A program made the translations under genes and the position numbers. The notes under the pieces were generated by a model that saw only the letters and a list, made by a program, of their open reading frames with translations, was not told the origin of the DNA and ran no database searches. Shown here one piece after another: positions 11,001-24,700 of a stretch of 64,000 bases of DNA; within the stretch, counting starts at the first letter, position 1, and every line of letters starts with the position of its first letter. The stretch is from Thalia democratica (Eukaryota). The DNA lies in the NCBI GenBank assembly GCA_965202585.1, contig OZ241829.1:57784001-57848000 (forward strand), written 5' to 3'.

Positions 11001-14000
11001 CAGTAAACTTGTATTTAATAATCATTTTTAAAGTGTATATATTTTGGGGCACCCTGTATTTTAGTTTGCTCCTACAATACTGTAACAATATATGCTGTAA
11101 ATATATGCTAAGTTGTGAAAAATTGTAACCTTTTAAATTTTATTTTTACTTTTTACAAACTTACGAAACAGTAACGTAAAATAATTATTACAAATTTTTA
11201 TTAGAAAATTCATTTTAGATAAAACAAATAATTTTTCTAAATTGTTTTTATTTGTTGTAATTTATAAAAATCTAAAAATATTACTACAAATAATTTTTCA
11301 AGTTTATAGTTTTTGGGTACAAAATAATCTAACAAGCTAATCTAAAAAACTTAAGTCTTTAGATCACTTAGAGTTCAGAAAAACTTTGAATACTTACTTA
11401 AACATTAACATAATTAAAAAGTAAATAAATACTAATTATACTCTTTTTATAAATTTACAACATTATTTAAACTATTTTTAATAGCTTGAACAATGTTATA
11501 ATTAAATAAAAAAATTGGAAAGCATAATAACAATCTTTTAAATGCATTCCAATTAATGTCTAATAGTAATCCAAATTATTTTCTAGTAAAATAACATTTT
11601 TTTTATCAATTAATATTATACTACTTGATACTAATTGTGTAAAAGCTGTTTTTAATAACCATGAAAAAATTCGGTTAAAAAAATAAAAACAAAATTACGC
11701 ATGCAAAACTAAAACTCATGCAAAAATCTATTGAAAAATAATTGCACATAAGGTTATATTTTCAGAATTTATTAAACAACGAGTATAAAAAGTAACCGTT
11801 TTTATAATAAAATTTTTAAACTATGTACTATGAAAACTTATAAATTAAACATTCACATACTAGATACCTAGATTTATTGAACTAGCATTAAAAAAACTGA
11901 CAATCCATCTTTCAAATAACTTATAAAACTTAACAAAGAAAATAAATATGAAGGTAAACACATTTAACTTAATTCTATTGCACAATTGACAACAAAAAGT
12001 TTCAAATACAAAACGCAGCACACAATTTGTAAAAAACTATAAAAAAACAGCAAAGGCAATAGGGTGAAAATATCAATTATTTAATTCAGACGGAGTTATG
12101 TCATTTGGCATAGTGTAAGAAAAGCCTCTCGGTTTTTCAACTTGGCTACTCAGCTTCTTTTCAGCGGTTTTAACGGCATCGACGCTCACTTCCACTGTAT
12201 GGCGCCTCTGATTGCACTTGGGCTTGAAAATTTAAGCAAATTACAGAAATTAAACTAAAAAAAAAACTAAGAGAAGCACCTAGCCTTCAAAGCAAGCGTG
12301 TCAACATAATCAAATTAAGCAGTGCAAAAAAAACGTATAAACTGAAATTAAATTTGCTCCGAATTAAGTTTAAAATAAATCAGCAATTTTCAAAATCTAA
12401 AGTAGATCAAAAATTTAATGTAAAGGGATCTTGTGCATCATGGTACTAACCTCTAATACGCCTTTTTTGTCGGCATCGAGTTTGTCTCTTCTGACCAGAA
12501 TTTCGTAACACTTGAAACAAACTCGTTGCGGTTTGGTAGGTTCGTATTGAAGCGATATTTTGTGTTCGGAACATTCACCGCATATTACCTGAATGATTAA
12601 GGGGTAAAAAAAGTTTCAGAAAATCATATCAGTTAACATACCAAGTACTAAGCTCGTGTAAAATAAGAAAAATTGGCAGCTACTGTATCAATTGCAATAC
12701 TAACTTAACTGTAGTCATTAAATTTTAAAAATGCATCTCAAACTAACATGTTTTTTTTAAGTGGAAAAATGTTACACATAATTTTCAAAACGATCATCTC
12801 AAATCATGAAAAATTAAAAAAAAAAACGAACACGGCCGCACGATCTGCAGTGATGTCGCCTCCGCGTGATCTTGCTGAAATTTTTCGAGCATCCCATGCA
12901 CATGGACACTTCGTGATCCTTGATCCAGCGCGGCGCTCTCACTCCCAACTCCGACTCGGACACGAGCTCTGCGTTGAATGGGAAAACACCTCCACCGCGA
13001 AAAGCCGGCGAGGCGGGAGAATCCGAGTGAGGAGGACTCTGCGGAGGCATGTTAGGAAGTCGGAGGGTGTTGGCGGGCGAGATTGTCTTGTTGAAGCTTC
13101 CGCTCTTGCTGAACGTTTTCCTGCGCTCCTCGAAACTCACAACTGCCTGGTTGATCGCGTTCACCCAATTCTCCTTCTCGTCTTCAGTGCTGAAAAGTAA
13201 AAGTCTGTGTTGTGAAACTGAAATACCTAAAACTAAATTTTTCTTTTTTTTTTCAACTACTATTTTTAAGTAGTGCTTGATAGTATTTAAACTAATGCAC
13301 AAAGCTTGAAATAAAAAACTTGTTGATAATAAATTAAATATTTTATAAAAAAAATTCGCGGTCTATATTAGTTTAAATTTTTACAAATGTATTAAAGAAG
13401 TTATAAAACTGTAGATAAATTTTTAAATATAAACTCAAATGGCATTCAAAATTACATTTTAGAAAATGATCATATATCGTTAAACAGTATAAAAAGTATT
13501 AAAGCCATAAAAATAAACAATCTTATTACATATTCAAAAACTATTTTATTGTTTATATATATGTATGTATACAACTGAACACCGTATAATTTGAAACACT
13601 TAAAAAAAGTTTCAACAATAAAATTAATTCATTGTTCATTGAAATAATATTAAAAACAAAAAAATTTGCTGCAAAGTTATAAATAATAAAAATATAGTCA
13701 ATTATAAACAGACAAATTGATCATTTATAGTCATTAACAGTTATTTTTACAAAAAACCATTAAAAAAGTTAAAACAATTTTGAGATTAATTTGTAACTTA
13801 TATACATCTATATTTTTCTCTTTTAACTATTATTGACAAAAATAACTCGCTTGCTAGACTAAAAAATCATTAGCATAATGACTTAAGCTAGGTAAAGTTC
13901 TTACTTTAAAACTTATGTTACAAAGTTAAATTATTTTTAAATAATTTATATATATATAAACCTTAAATAAAACACTTTGTTTTATTTAAGACAACAGTTT

Positions 14001-17000
14001 TACTGACTTTCAAAAGTATATTACATACTAAGCTAGTTTATTAACGAAACATAAGTCAAAATATATTCATTATCAAAACACTTATTTGAGAACTTTTGTT
14101 TATTACTTAAAAAAATTTAAACGAAAAATCAGAGAGCTTACAATTAAACTAAAACACATAAACATTTTAAATTACTTGTACAATTGTGTTTGGAAAATGC
14201 TAGCTTTAGTTTTTTTATTTTATGTTTTATGTACGTCACGGTTACAGCAAACTTATGTGTTTTTATCTTCATTTCAATTGAAATATTTATTGTTTTCACA
14301 ACCTCCGAAAGCGGTGAAACGTTCGTAAACAGTTCAAATATAGTTTTTTTTAACTAACTACACATATATATATTTATATATATTCATTTATTCAAATATA
14401 TAACAAACCAGAGTTTTATACAGCCGTTTCGTGTATGACATATTTCTATTTCATACATTCCTCAATAAAGCTAAAGTTTATTAAAGATTTTTAACGGAAA
14501 TTTTGAATTTAAAAGTTTTATAAGTATCATGACGTAGTAATAATGAAGGGTTTTGTGCAGTAAGAAAAGTTTGAAAAATACGCTGATTTTAGTTTTGATA
14601 CTGATTTAAGAATTTGTGCATTTAAAAAAAGTTTTAGTGGTTGCTATTAAATTTTTTGTTAAGTATGGAAAGGATAGGTTGTATTAGAAAAATGTTTTAA
14701 ACTGCTCGTGTGCGTGGCTGAATTTAACTTTGATTTAATATTTAGTTAGTTTTAATTTTTCTCAAAAAGTATCTTTTGTAATTAATGCATATATTTTGTC
14801 TTTCTCTTTTGTTGTTTAGTGTTATAGATCTTGTCTGATTTATCAATTTCGATTGTTCCTAAGTTGCAAAGTTTGCAGCCAAATTTAGTATTAAATTTTG
14901 ATTTTGTGCTGTGTAGTATTCCCCATTTAGTATTATAGCCTGTGTTGTTGTCTTTTAAATTCCAAATGTAGTTTGCCAGTTCTAGTTCATTTGTATATAC
15001 ATATACATACACCTTATCAATTATTTAATTATCCACTATTTCTTGACTGTATATATGTTGTAGTACATAAGCATCGAATTTTTTTTCTAAATTTTCTTAA
15101 CCTTGCTAAAACTTAGTATGAATAAAAATAACTTCTTAAGATAACTTTGAATGGAACAAGTCCAAATAAATGCAATGAGTCTAGTGAAGCAATTAAATAT
15201 GCCGGGAAAGCACTGCTTTTCTTGACAACTCATGCATAACTGTCAAACGAGTACGTTGTTTTCAGAGCAAACGAAAAAATGCTATTTTGATAAATAAATT
15301 TTGAATTTTATTATTAAGCTTGTTTTTTTTACTTTAAAAAATTTTTGTTTTGATAATGTCACAATAGATATTTATATCATTAACAAGTCTTTTTTTCAAA
15401 ATTATTCTAACTTTAGGTATTTAGATAAAAAAATGTTAAAAAAACTTCAAGTTTAACTTATCGTATGGGTTATAAGTTTAAAAAACAGCAAAAAAACTAC
15501 TTAATCTACTTTTATATAATATCAATACTGACATGAAGCTGTATGTATCAAAATATACTTAAACATTGTAGACAACCATGTCCTAATCAAATTAAACATT
15601 TTCATACATTACTACTAAAACTACTATGCATGTTCCAAAATCAAAACAACCAACACTTTTTATTTTATATATATATAAATATATTTTAATGTATACCTGG
15701 TAAGAAACTCCATAGTCTTTTGTAGGCCACTCACGCAAAACGTACACTTTTGCGGAGGTGCGTTAGGAGTAGTAATGTTGTGAACGTCGGAGGAGACTTG
15801 CATGCCCTCCAAGCTGATAGTGGCAGTGCACCTGTACAGCTTGTTGGCCAACCCTATTGTGTTTTTTATGCGCGCACAACAAACTAGCAAGTCGTTGAAC
15901 TGTTAAAAAACTTTAATGATAAGAGCTGTCTAAAACTATATTTTATTTTTAAAATTTAAATCAAGTATTCATAATTTTTTATTTCGTATATAAGAAACAT
16001 ACACAACCAAAAAATAAAATGTTTGAAACCAATTTTATTGTGAATACTATAAGCAGTACCTAGATATTTTGCAAACATTTTTATGATGCTTTTGAGAGAC
16101 CAATGTTTCTGTGTAAACAACAGTTTCTACTTCACAAAATATTATAGTTTTTCAATAAATAAATAGTTAAAATTTAAAACAAGATAATTAAAGTTTTAAA
16201 CAGGATAATGAATTATAAAATTTAACTATTAAATGATTAAGTAACTTTTAAATTCATTTGAGTACATGAAAAATATATTTGTTTTTTTTAGTTATAGGCA
16301 TTTTTTGACTTTTAAAATGTTAAATATTTATTAACATTATTTTCATTATAACTATATTTCTACGAACTTCTTTCGTTCGGAATTTTCATTAGCTAATAAT
16401 AATATGCTAAAAGTTATTTATTTTCATCAATAGTTTATTGTAGGCTCAAAATTAGTTAATTATAATGATAGTACAAAATTAACTTTTAAAAAATATTTTG
16501 CTTAAATTACATAAAGTTTATAAAGATTTTCCAATCGTAAGTAAAACTACGGGTACAAATAAAAGATTTCTTAAATTACTAGATGTTTTAAAATTAGTTG
16601 TTTTCATGATGCACAAGAGAAAATTAAATTTAACCTTCTGTTATATGTCTTTAAATGTTCTGTTTAAGTTTTCTAAAAGCAAAAGTTTCACGTATTAATA
16701 ACAGCAAGACTTGACTTCCTGTATGAGGTAAACTGTACGACATTAACATTGTGAAATTTGAATTACAGAATGCGCTGAACTGCAGTAGTGAAACAAAAAT
16801 GAACGTTTCGAATTTCATTAAATTTTTAGAAACTGTAAAATGTTTTTGAAATTTATCAGCGCGTACAAAATTACCAGCAGATGATATCATTACATGGTGT
16901 TATTTTCAATATAAATGCTTAAATAGCTCCAAAAAAAGCGTTGTTTTTGTTCTACTAAAATGCTCAGAATATTTCTAAAATTCAAAGTGTAATTCTAACC

Positions 17001-20000
17001 AAGACTATAAATTTCGTAGGTTTTTTTACTCTACAAAAAGACATTTTTCAGCGATAATTAATATAAAAGTAAAGCAAAAAAACATACCAATTAAAGGAAG
17101 TTATATAAAATTACGAAAGTTGTATCAAAATTCACATAATGTGTTTTAAAAACTTTACTAAGATTAATTAGGAAAATAACAAGACAAAGTTCAATTAATA
17201 TGACTGAATAAGGTGTAATTAAACATGTTTAAAACAAAACACTAATATTTATCAAAAAGTATCCGTTAGAAAAGTTAAAGTATTGGAATTTTTTTTTTTA
17301 GGATTATAAATATTACAAATAATTATTTCTTGTAGAAAACTAGTTTCATTAATTGGGATATAAATAAACCAAAAACTCTTTACATTAAACTTGATAAACT
17401 TTTTCAAACTAAACAAAAGTTATTAGTAAGCTGTGTAATTGTGCTCCTCCTGAAATTTATTAAAATGGTAATGTTTTTTGAGTTAGAATAGTAAGACACG
17501 GTTTAAAACCAAAGAAAAACATTTAACCGAAAAAAAAAAAATTGTTTACACTAAAAATAGAAGCTGCACTTACCAAGTACAAATATCTGTCATGTTTTTC
17601 ACCACTTCTAGCTGATATTTTTATTATTTTGCCTTCTTTGAAAAGTTCACGGCTTACGTCATCTGTGTTAAAGTTGATATCAGTCATTTGTTCGAAAATC
17701 TTGATCAGTTTTGTAAACTTTTCCTGCAATTGAATACTTGTGTTTGTGTTGAAAGAGAAGAAAACTAATGTTGAAAAGTGATTTGTAATGAAAATAATTT
17801 TCTATTACAACTAAATTTGTTAATAGTTTTTATATGTTGTAAAAGCCACAAACAAAATTATTTATAAAAACTACTTGTTTAATATGATTTAGATATAGCT
17901 TAAAATTTTTTTTTGAAAACTCAACAATAGCAGGATCCAACTTTAATTTGTTGTTTTTGGTATTTAATTTTGAACTATTTTTCAAAACACTTTTTTTTTT
18001 TCTACTTATACAAAGCTTTTTTATGAAGGCAAATTTTTGTACATTTAGTACTTAATTTGTAAATTGAAATATACATTAGCACAAACTTATTATGTTAACT
18101 ATTTTCATATAAATTTTAACTATACTACGACATTTAGTGTATCTAACTATCAAAAACTTTATACTGTAGTTTCAAAGATAAAAAAAATTAAACATACATT
18201 TTTTTGAATAGTTTCATTAGAATGTGAAGCAGCAACTTTTATTTGCTCTACAGCTTTTGTAGTAGCAAGGTAGTCAGGAGAGTCTTCTGGAAGCCTTTTC
18301 AAATAATCATCTAGCAGTAACTGATACCGAGGAACTCTTTGAATAGGCGTCAACATGTGAGCCTAAAAATAGCGAAGTAGTGTAATATCGTTTAAATTAC
18401 CAGCTCAGACTGAGTAAAAACTATGAAACTAGTCTATACAACATATTTGAAAGTTTTATAAAACAATGTGAAGCTAGTTTGTTTCAAAGATAAAACTTAG
18501 ATTTGAAACACTTCATTCAAGTTACAAAATTATATGTTTTTATAAAGTATTACAGGTAAATGTTTTGAACCATTGTTTGTTTACTATAATTTAGTTTTTC
18601 AAAACTAAACTACTGTACTTATACTTTTATTAAACCTAGTCGTATGTTAAGACTAACTAAACTTGTTTAGTTAGATTAGCATATATAATTTCAATATAAT
18701 ATTGCATACAAAGTAAATTACTTTAGGAATGTTTAGTATTAAATAATTTGAAAAAAAAGTATGTTTTATTAGAAAGTAGTTGCTTTTAAATACAACTTTG
18801 AATTATAAAATCTAATAACTAAAAAAAAAGTTTAAAAAATACTAAAAGTAAGAGTAGATATTTTTATAATAATTAAACTGAATGTTTAATTAGTACAAAT
18901 GTAAGTATAGAAAGTGGGAGAACTAAAAACCATTTTAGTATTGACCGATTTTTATAGTAGAAAAGATGTTCAATTTATATATAATTATACAAGTACAAAA
19001 ATTTAAGGTTTTTATTAAAAAAAAAATGTAGTTGTTTAATATGAAAAAATAATAAAATCTAATTTTAGCCGAAGAATCTTAGTTGTAACGTGTCATAAAC
19101 AATTATTATTATACAAAACTAAGTATTAAAACATATTAGTAAAAAGTGTAATAAAGATTACCTATAAAAATACTGTTGCATTTAAAACACTTCTTTTATC
19201 AAAAATTTGTACTAATTACAAAACATAAAACAAGGGAATTAACCTCGAGTTTTAGACCCATGCACTCGGGAGTCTGTTCGATCGAAGTCATTATCGCGTT
19301 GAACGCAGTCGATTTGGCTCTCCACTTGGTGACAAAATTGATTGCAGATTGAAACTGCTGCACGTAGAGCGAGTACATCTTCATGAAGTGGGCTGCACGC
19401 TCCATAACGTCCCCTATCATCGGGTTCGACTGCCTGATATCACGATAATGTTAATTGTTCTACTTTGAACAGGAGTGTAACTAAAAACTGACAAAATAGA
19501 ATACAAACGGATAATTGAAAAAGGAGGTCAGCAGTTTTGTACTTGTTTACCTTTTAATTTTAACTGAGTACAACGATTAAAACTCTAAACTACTAGTACA
19601 AAAAGTTATGTTATTATACAAAAACTAAAACAATCGAGCTAAGTATGTTAACAATGAGTTATAAGCATTTTAAAAATATTGTTTGCAACACTAAAATATT
19701 GTTTACAATGTGTAGTTTAAAAATAATCAAATAAAAACAAAACATTTAAAAAGTTATAACTAACCATGTATAACTTTAAGATGTTAAAAATATAGTAACA
19801 CAAGACCGTAGTTGTAAAACAATTAGATAAAAAAAGTCTTACAAAGAGATCTTATTTTAATCATATGATTTTAGTTTTATTAATTCGATTTATACTAAAA
19901 ATACATAATATTTTTATCATAAAAAGTTTGACTAATTTAAAATAAACATATTATACTACAAAAAAAACATAAACTATAGTTTTTTTTTTTTGATTGTTTA

Positions 20001-21715
20001 TACTTATTGCATTTAGAAAAGCTAAAATAACATATATTGTATTTTTTTTAATCTTAATCATATCATCATAAACCTCACTTTTTTACGCAATGATTTTTTC
20101 TTACGATAATAAACCAAAACGGATTACATCATTGTCATATATTAATAAAAAACTCTTACTATTGTAATAAAACTATTTCCTTTTAAATAGGTGTTACTTA
20201 GTATATAAAACTATATCATTAAAAAAGTAAGTCCTTACCAATTTTCAATTCGTTTCCTCAGTTCGCCAACCAAATAGCTTGCATGAAACTGGTGTATAGC
20301 AGAAATTTGACCGAATATTCCCTGAACAACGTTTTCAGGCATAATTTTGTTCTTACTAACCGCTTCTTTAACTTGTTCGTGGAAGACCTATAATATTTAT
20401 TGTTTCATAAAAAACAGACAAAAAAACTTATACATCAACTTTTAAGACTTTGATATTTTTTCTAGTTTTTGATTAGCTTTAGTAATGACTTTAATTTAGA
20501 TTTTCGTTTAGGTTTTACACTTTATAATTGAATGTTTCTATATAACTAGTTTAATGTATCTATTATGTAAATTTTTGTAAAACAGATAAACTTTTTTTGT
20601 CGTAGTTACAATTGCGCGGTTCAAGTACAGGTAAAATTTAAGCATAATTACGAAGTTACATATGCAAAACCTTTGTTTATTTAAAATCATGTTTAACTAA
20701 ATAAGAAGAAACATAACAAATTGATCAAAAATGAATATAACTGAAGCAAAAAGTAAAACTAAAAACATTTTTTCAGTTTAATTACGCCATTGAGCTTGTG
20801 AAGTTTTTGAACATTATTACATTTTATTACACAAAGTTAAACATTATTTTTATAAGTAAACTCGGCTAAACATCATTTTTACTAAACTATGCTTCAGGTA
20901 AAACAAAAATAATTTAAAATGCGGATTAAAATTTAATTTTTGTTCAACTTATTTTATATAGTTGGCTTATAAAACTTAAGCATTGTTATAAAACACAATG
21001 TTATAAATCAGTTTACTTTCTACTACTATGTTGAGAAAGTACTTTTTATTATATCATAATCATTGCATTCTTTCATACTACTGACTTTAATTAAAACAGT
21101 TGTTCTAAATACTTAATCTTTATATACTTTATAAAACTTTAAATTAAATAAACAGATTCGACAGTTAAATTATAATAACTTAAAAATAGTTAAAACTAAA
21201 ATTGTAGCTTATAAGTGTAAGTAAGTATATACGGTAGAAGAAAATATTTAGTATACATTCAGAAAACTAAGTAGAGATTCTCAATAAATATTTTAGCTAA
21301 AGCTTTTATTTGAAAAAAATATCAAAACTTAAAGTAAAATAAAATACTGACGGTAACATATATAACTTTATTTGATTAATAACAATCTAATAAAAAAATA
21401 CGAAATTGCGTGATTGCGCTGTAGTCGTCACGCTACATCGAGCACCAATCAGCACATTGTCATCTGAAAATGTCTCTATATTTTGTATTTATATGAAGCG
21501 TGCAACTAAATTGGCTCTCACTTAAATATTTGGAAACAGTGAAATATTTATTTTCCGTTTGCCTTAGACGTGTTACACGCATTTAAAAATGAAAAACTAA
21601 CTTTTAAGTTTTAAAGCTTTGCAACAAATTACGTAAGTAAAAATATAAATTGATACTTTTTAGTTTTCTATATAAAAAAAGACTATCAAAATTAAAATAC
21701 AACTTTTTATAAATA

Positions 21716-21753
<38 letters not shown>

Positions 21754-24700
21754 TGTCACTAAAATTTAAACTTGTATTTAACTTAGAAACTTATTGGAAC
21801 AATAATGAAGTTTAGAAGAAAAAACTTAAACTTACACCATCAATAAGCTTCAAAACTTTAACGTACGTTTCCTCAGTTTCAAGAAGCTCTTTAACGATGT
21901 TGAAAAGCTTTTTTTCTCTTGAGTTTTGCTCCTGTTCAGATAATACTAATGATTTTCTGTTTGAAATTGCGTAAGCTCTGCGCCTACCTCTATTAACAAA
22001 TTTCATGTAACTAGCTGCTTTGCTTTGAAAATCAAAATGCAATTGAAAACTTAAAACATTTTTTAGCGGAATTAGTAAATGATTAACTAAAACAAAACTT
22101 TGCTAATTTCTTTGCAGCACTTAATACTATTAGTTACACTTTTTGGTAGCAATAAACAATTTTGGCAGTTAAGTTCACATAAAAACAAAAGATCTACCAA
22201 AAATTCCGTCACGGTTTAAATGTTATATTAAATACTGGTTAAATTTCATTAAGTTGCAGCTGTACGAGCAACTTAAAATTGTGACAGTGAAGTTAATTTT
22301 ACAATACTTCTGTAATTCAGTTTGTAAGCGGCAATTACACCATCATTAAAAAATTATAATATGAGATTACTAATCTAATGTACATCATAAGTTATGGAAA
22401 AATATATTTTCATATTTGAGGATAAACTCGTGTAATCTATTGGACAAATTAAAATCGGAATTTTAAATGATTGAAATACCTATAGAAATATACACCGCTT
22501 AAAGTTTTGACAGTTATTTAAATTCATATTTTTGTTATTTCTCAATACAGTCTTTGTTTAACTTAAGTCAAAAACAAATGATACATTATAAATTTAACAA
22601 TATTTACAATTCCTGGTAAACTTTGAAAAACTAAACTAAAGGAACAATTAAAAATTAAGCTAGCAGTAATCACAATATAAAACTTTTTTTATGTTCTAAA
22701 TCAAACTTTACATGTATTTTCTGCATGTATCATATTAAAAAATAACGTTTTCTCGCTTTGGTGAAGCAGTTGGCGTTTCTTCGCTTCCGTATTTCACAAC
22801 TTGGAACTCCCCGCTCGAGCTACGTGACGTCACACTTTGATTTCTTTTCAGCGTCTCGTCGCTGCGTTCGGTCTTGTCTTGACCTGTTGACGGATTGAAT
22901 TCGGAAGAAACCGTCGAGCTCATGGAGTCTGGTCGCAGTTCGTTGCCTGACAATTCAAAGGAATTGATTAATCTTGGATAAAAATTACAAAAATAACTTT
23001 AGATCAATAACTAATAAGTATAGTATTTTAAAATAAGTTATAAATAAAATATAAATTGATTTTTTAAAGACTTAAAGAGTAGGGTTCCAAAAGTGGGCAA
23101 CATAGCCCCTTTAGAGGTGTTTTTGGCTATCCAGGTGGTGTTAATTATTAATTCATCGAAAAAGTAAATAGGTGATTTACTAGTAAAAAAGCGATATCGA
23201 ACAAAAGGGGAAAATTATTTTTTAATTTGTACCAAGGGATGTTTATGATAATAAAACTTTTTATCAAAAGTAGGAAACTTCAGCCAAATTAAAAATTTAA
23301 CCAGGGAACAATACTACATAAACTAACTGATGCTACTGCTTTCAGTAGTAACTGGGGTGCTGGCTAGAGAACTTGCCCGTTTTTCTACTTTATCATCGGT
23401 CGCTGCAACGTTGTTTTCCAACGTTTGTGCTCGAGATCGATTTTTAATACCGAGGACGTTGGGACGCAGCCTAACCGGACTGGTCTCATCCCTGCTTATT
23501 CGCTCCAATCTGTGTTTGAACAATACCAGTCAACTGTTGCGAAACTGAGGCAAGTTAATAATTGACTACTTTCTTTTAATTGATTGATGTAAAAAAACTC
23601 AAAAAATGAAAAAATAATACCAAAAATAAATATTAGATTTTTTTTATTTTACTAATAAAAGTATTAGTATACTTATCTTCAACATAACGCTTTAAAAGTT
23701 ATTTTTAACACAAAGCTTCAAAGATTTTTATATTAAACAAAAAAAAAAGTTTACTTCAATAACTTAACAGTTAGTTACACCCAAAGTTAGAATTCACTTT
23801 AAAAAAATCCGTTGACGGAAAACTACCGTTTCTCGACACAGAAGTAAAGCAAGTATCAAAACAATTACACACAAATGTGTACAGAAAAACAACAGACACA
23901 GGATTAATAACGCAATACACTAGTATTTGTCCAAAATCTTGGAAACTCGGTTTAATAAACTTTTAACTAAACAGAGCACTAAATATATGCTCAAATTTTA
24001 CCGCTTTAAAAAAAAATGAACTTACAAAAATTAAAAACTTATTACTTAAGAATCAGTATCCAAAAAACCTTATAGAGTACAAGTTCAACAAATTCCTTGA
24101 AGTTCATAAAATCGACAACTCAACATTTAAACAAATGAAAATATTTTCAAAAAAAAAAAAGAAAAGAAAACGGAAATTGAAAACTGCTCTTATTTCACAC
24201 CAATTTATAAATTTTGGTTAGTAGTTGTTGAATAAGATTCCAAAAACGAATAGCATTCATATTTCAAAAACACAACACTGTTATTAAACTGGCCTACACC
24301 AGCAACAAAGTACCTGACTACTTCAGCAACAAAAGTAAATGCTCGGAAATATTTGACGCAAATGTTATCTATAAATACACCTGCTCTGCAGATCAGAGCA
24401 TCTCCTACATTGGAGAAACATCACGGAAAATCCTCCAACGAATTACAGACCACAGCGGAACAGATAAAAACAGCGCAATACTTGAACATATTTTTAATTG
24501 CACACACTGTCAAAACTCTGACACAGTTCAAAACTTCAAAGTTTTGAAACGATGTAAACAAAGCGAACTCTACAGTCTGAAATCAATATTGATTGAGAAA
24601 GAGCGACCTAAGTTAAATACGCAAATAGCATTAAATGGAAAAGCAAAATTATTAACAATTTATAAATTAACATAGGTTTACTTTAGTTTTACTTGATAAA

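Noticed and set aside
11030-11058. GGGGCACCCTGTA, a Tc1/mariner-like terminus
   Set aside because: No matching second TIR could be identified.
13190-13226. Upstream acceptor at 13227-13228 as the constitutive start of exon 14
   Set aside because: It is phase 1, whereas the exon-13 donor is phase 2; the acceptor at 13190-13191 fits.
12748-13273. Plus-strand ORFs of 150 and 74 aa (also 10005-10199, 17542-17733, 23330-23548, 25739-25951, 28115-28303)
   Set aside because: Antisense shadows of GC-rich FGD exons.
22594-22621. Possible 5- or 13-nt microexon between exons 7 and 8
   Set aside because: Not needed: direct 22747>21931 splicing keeps the frame, and such short AG...GT matches are expected by chance in AT-rich DNA.
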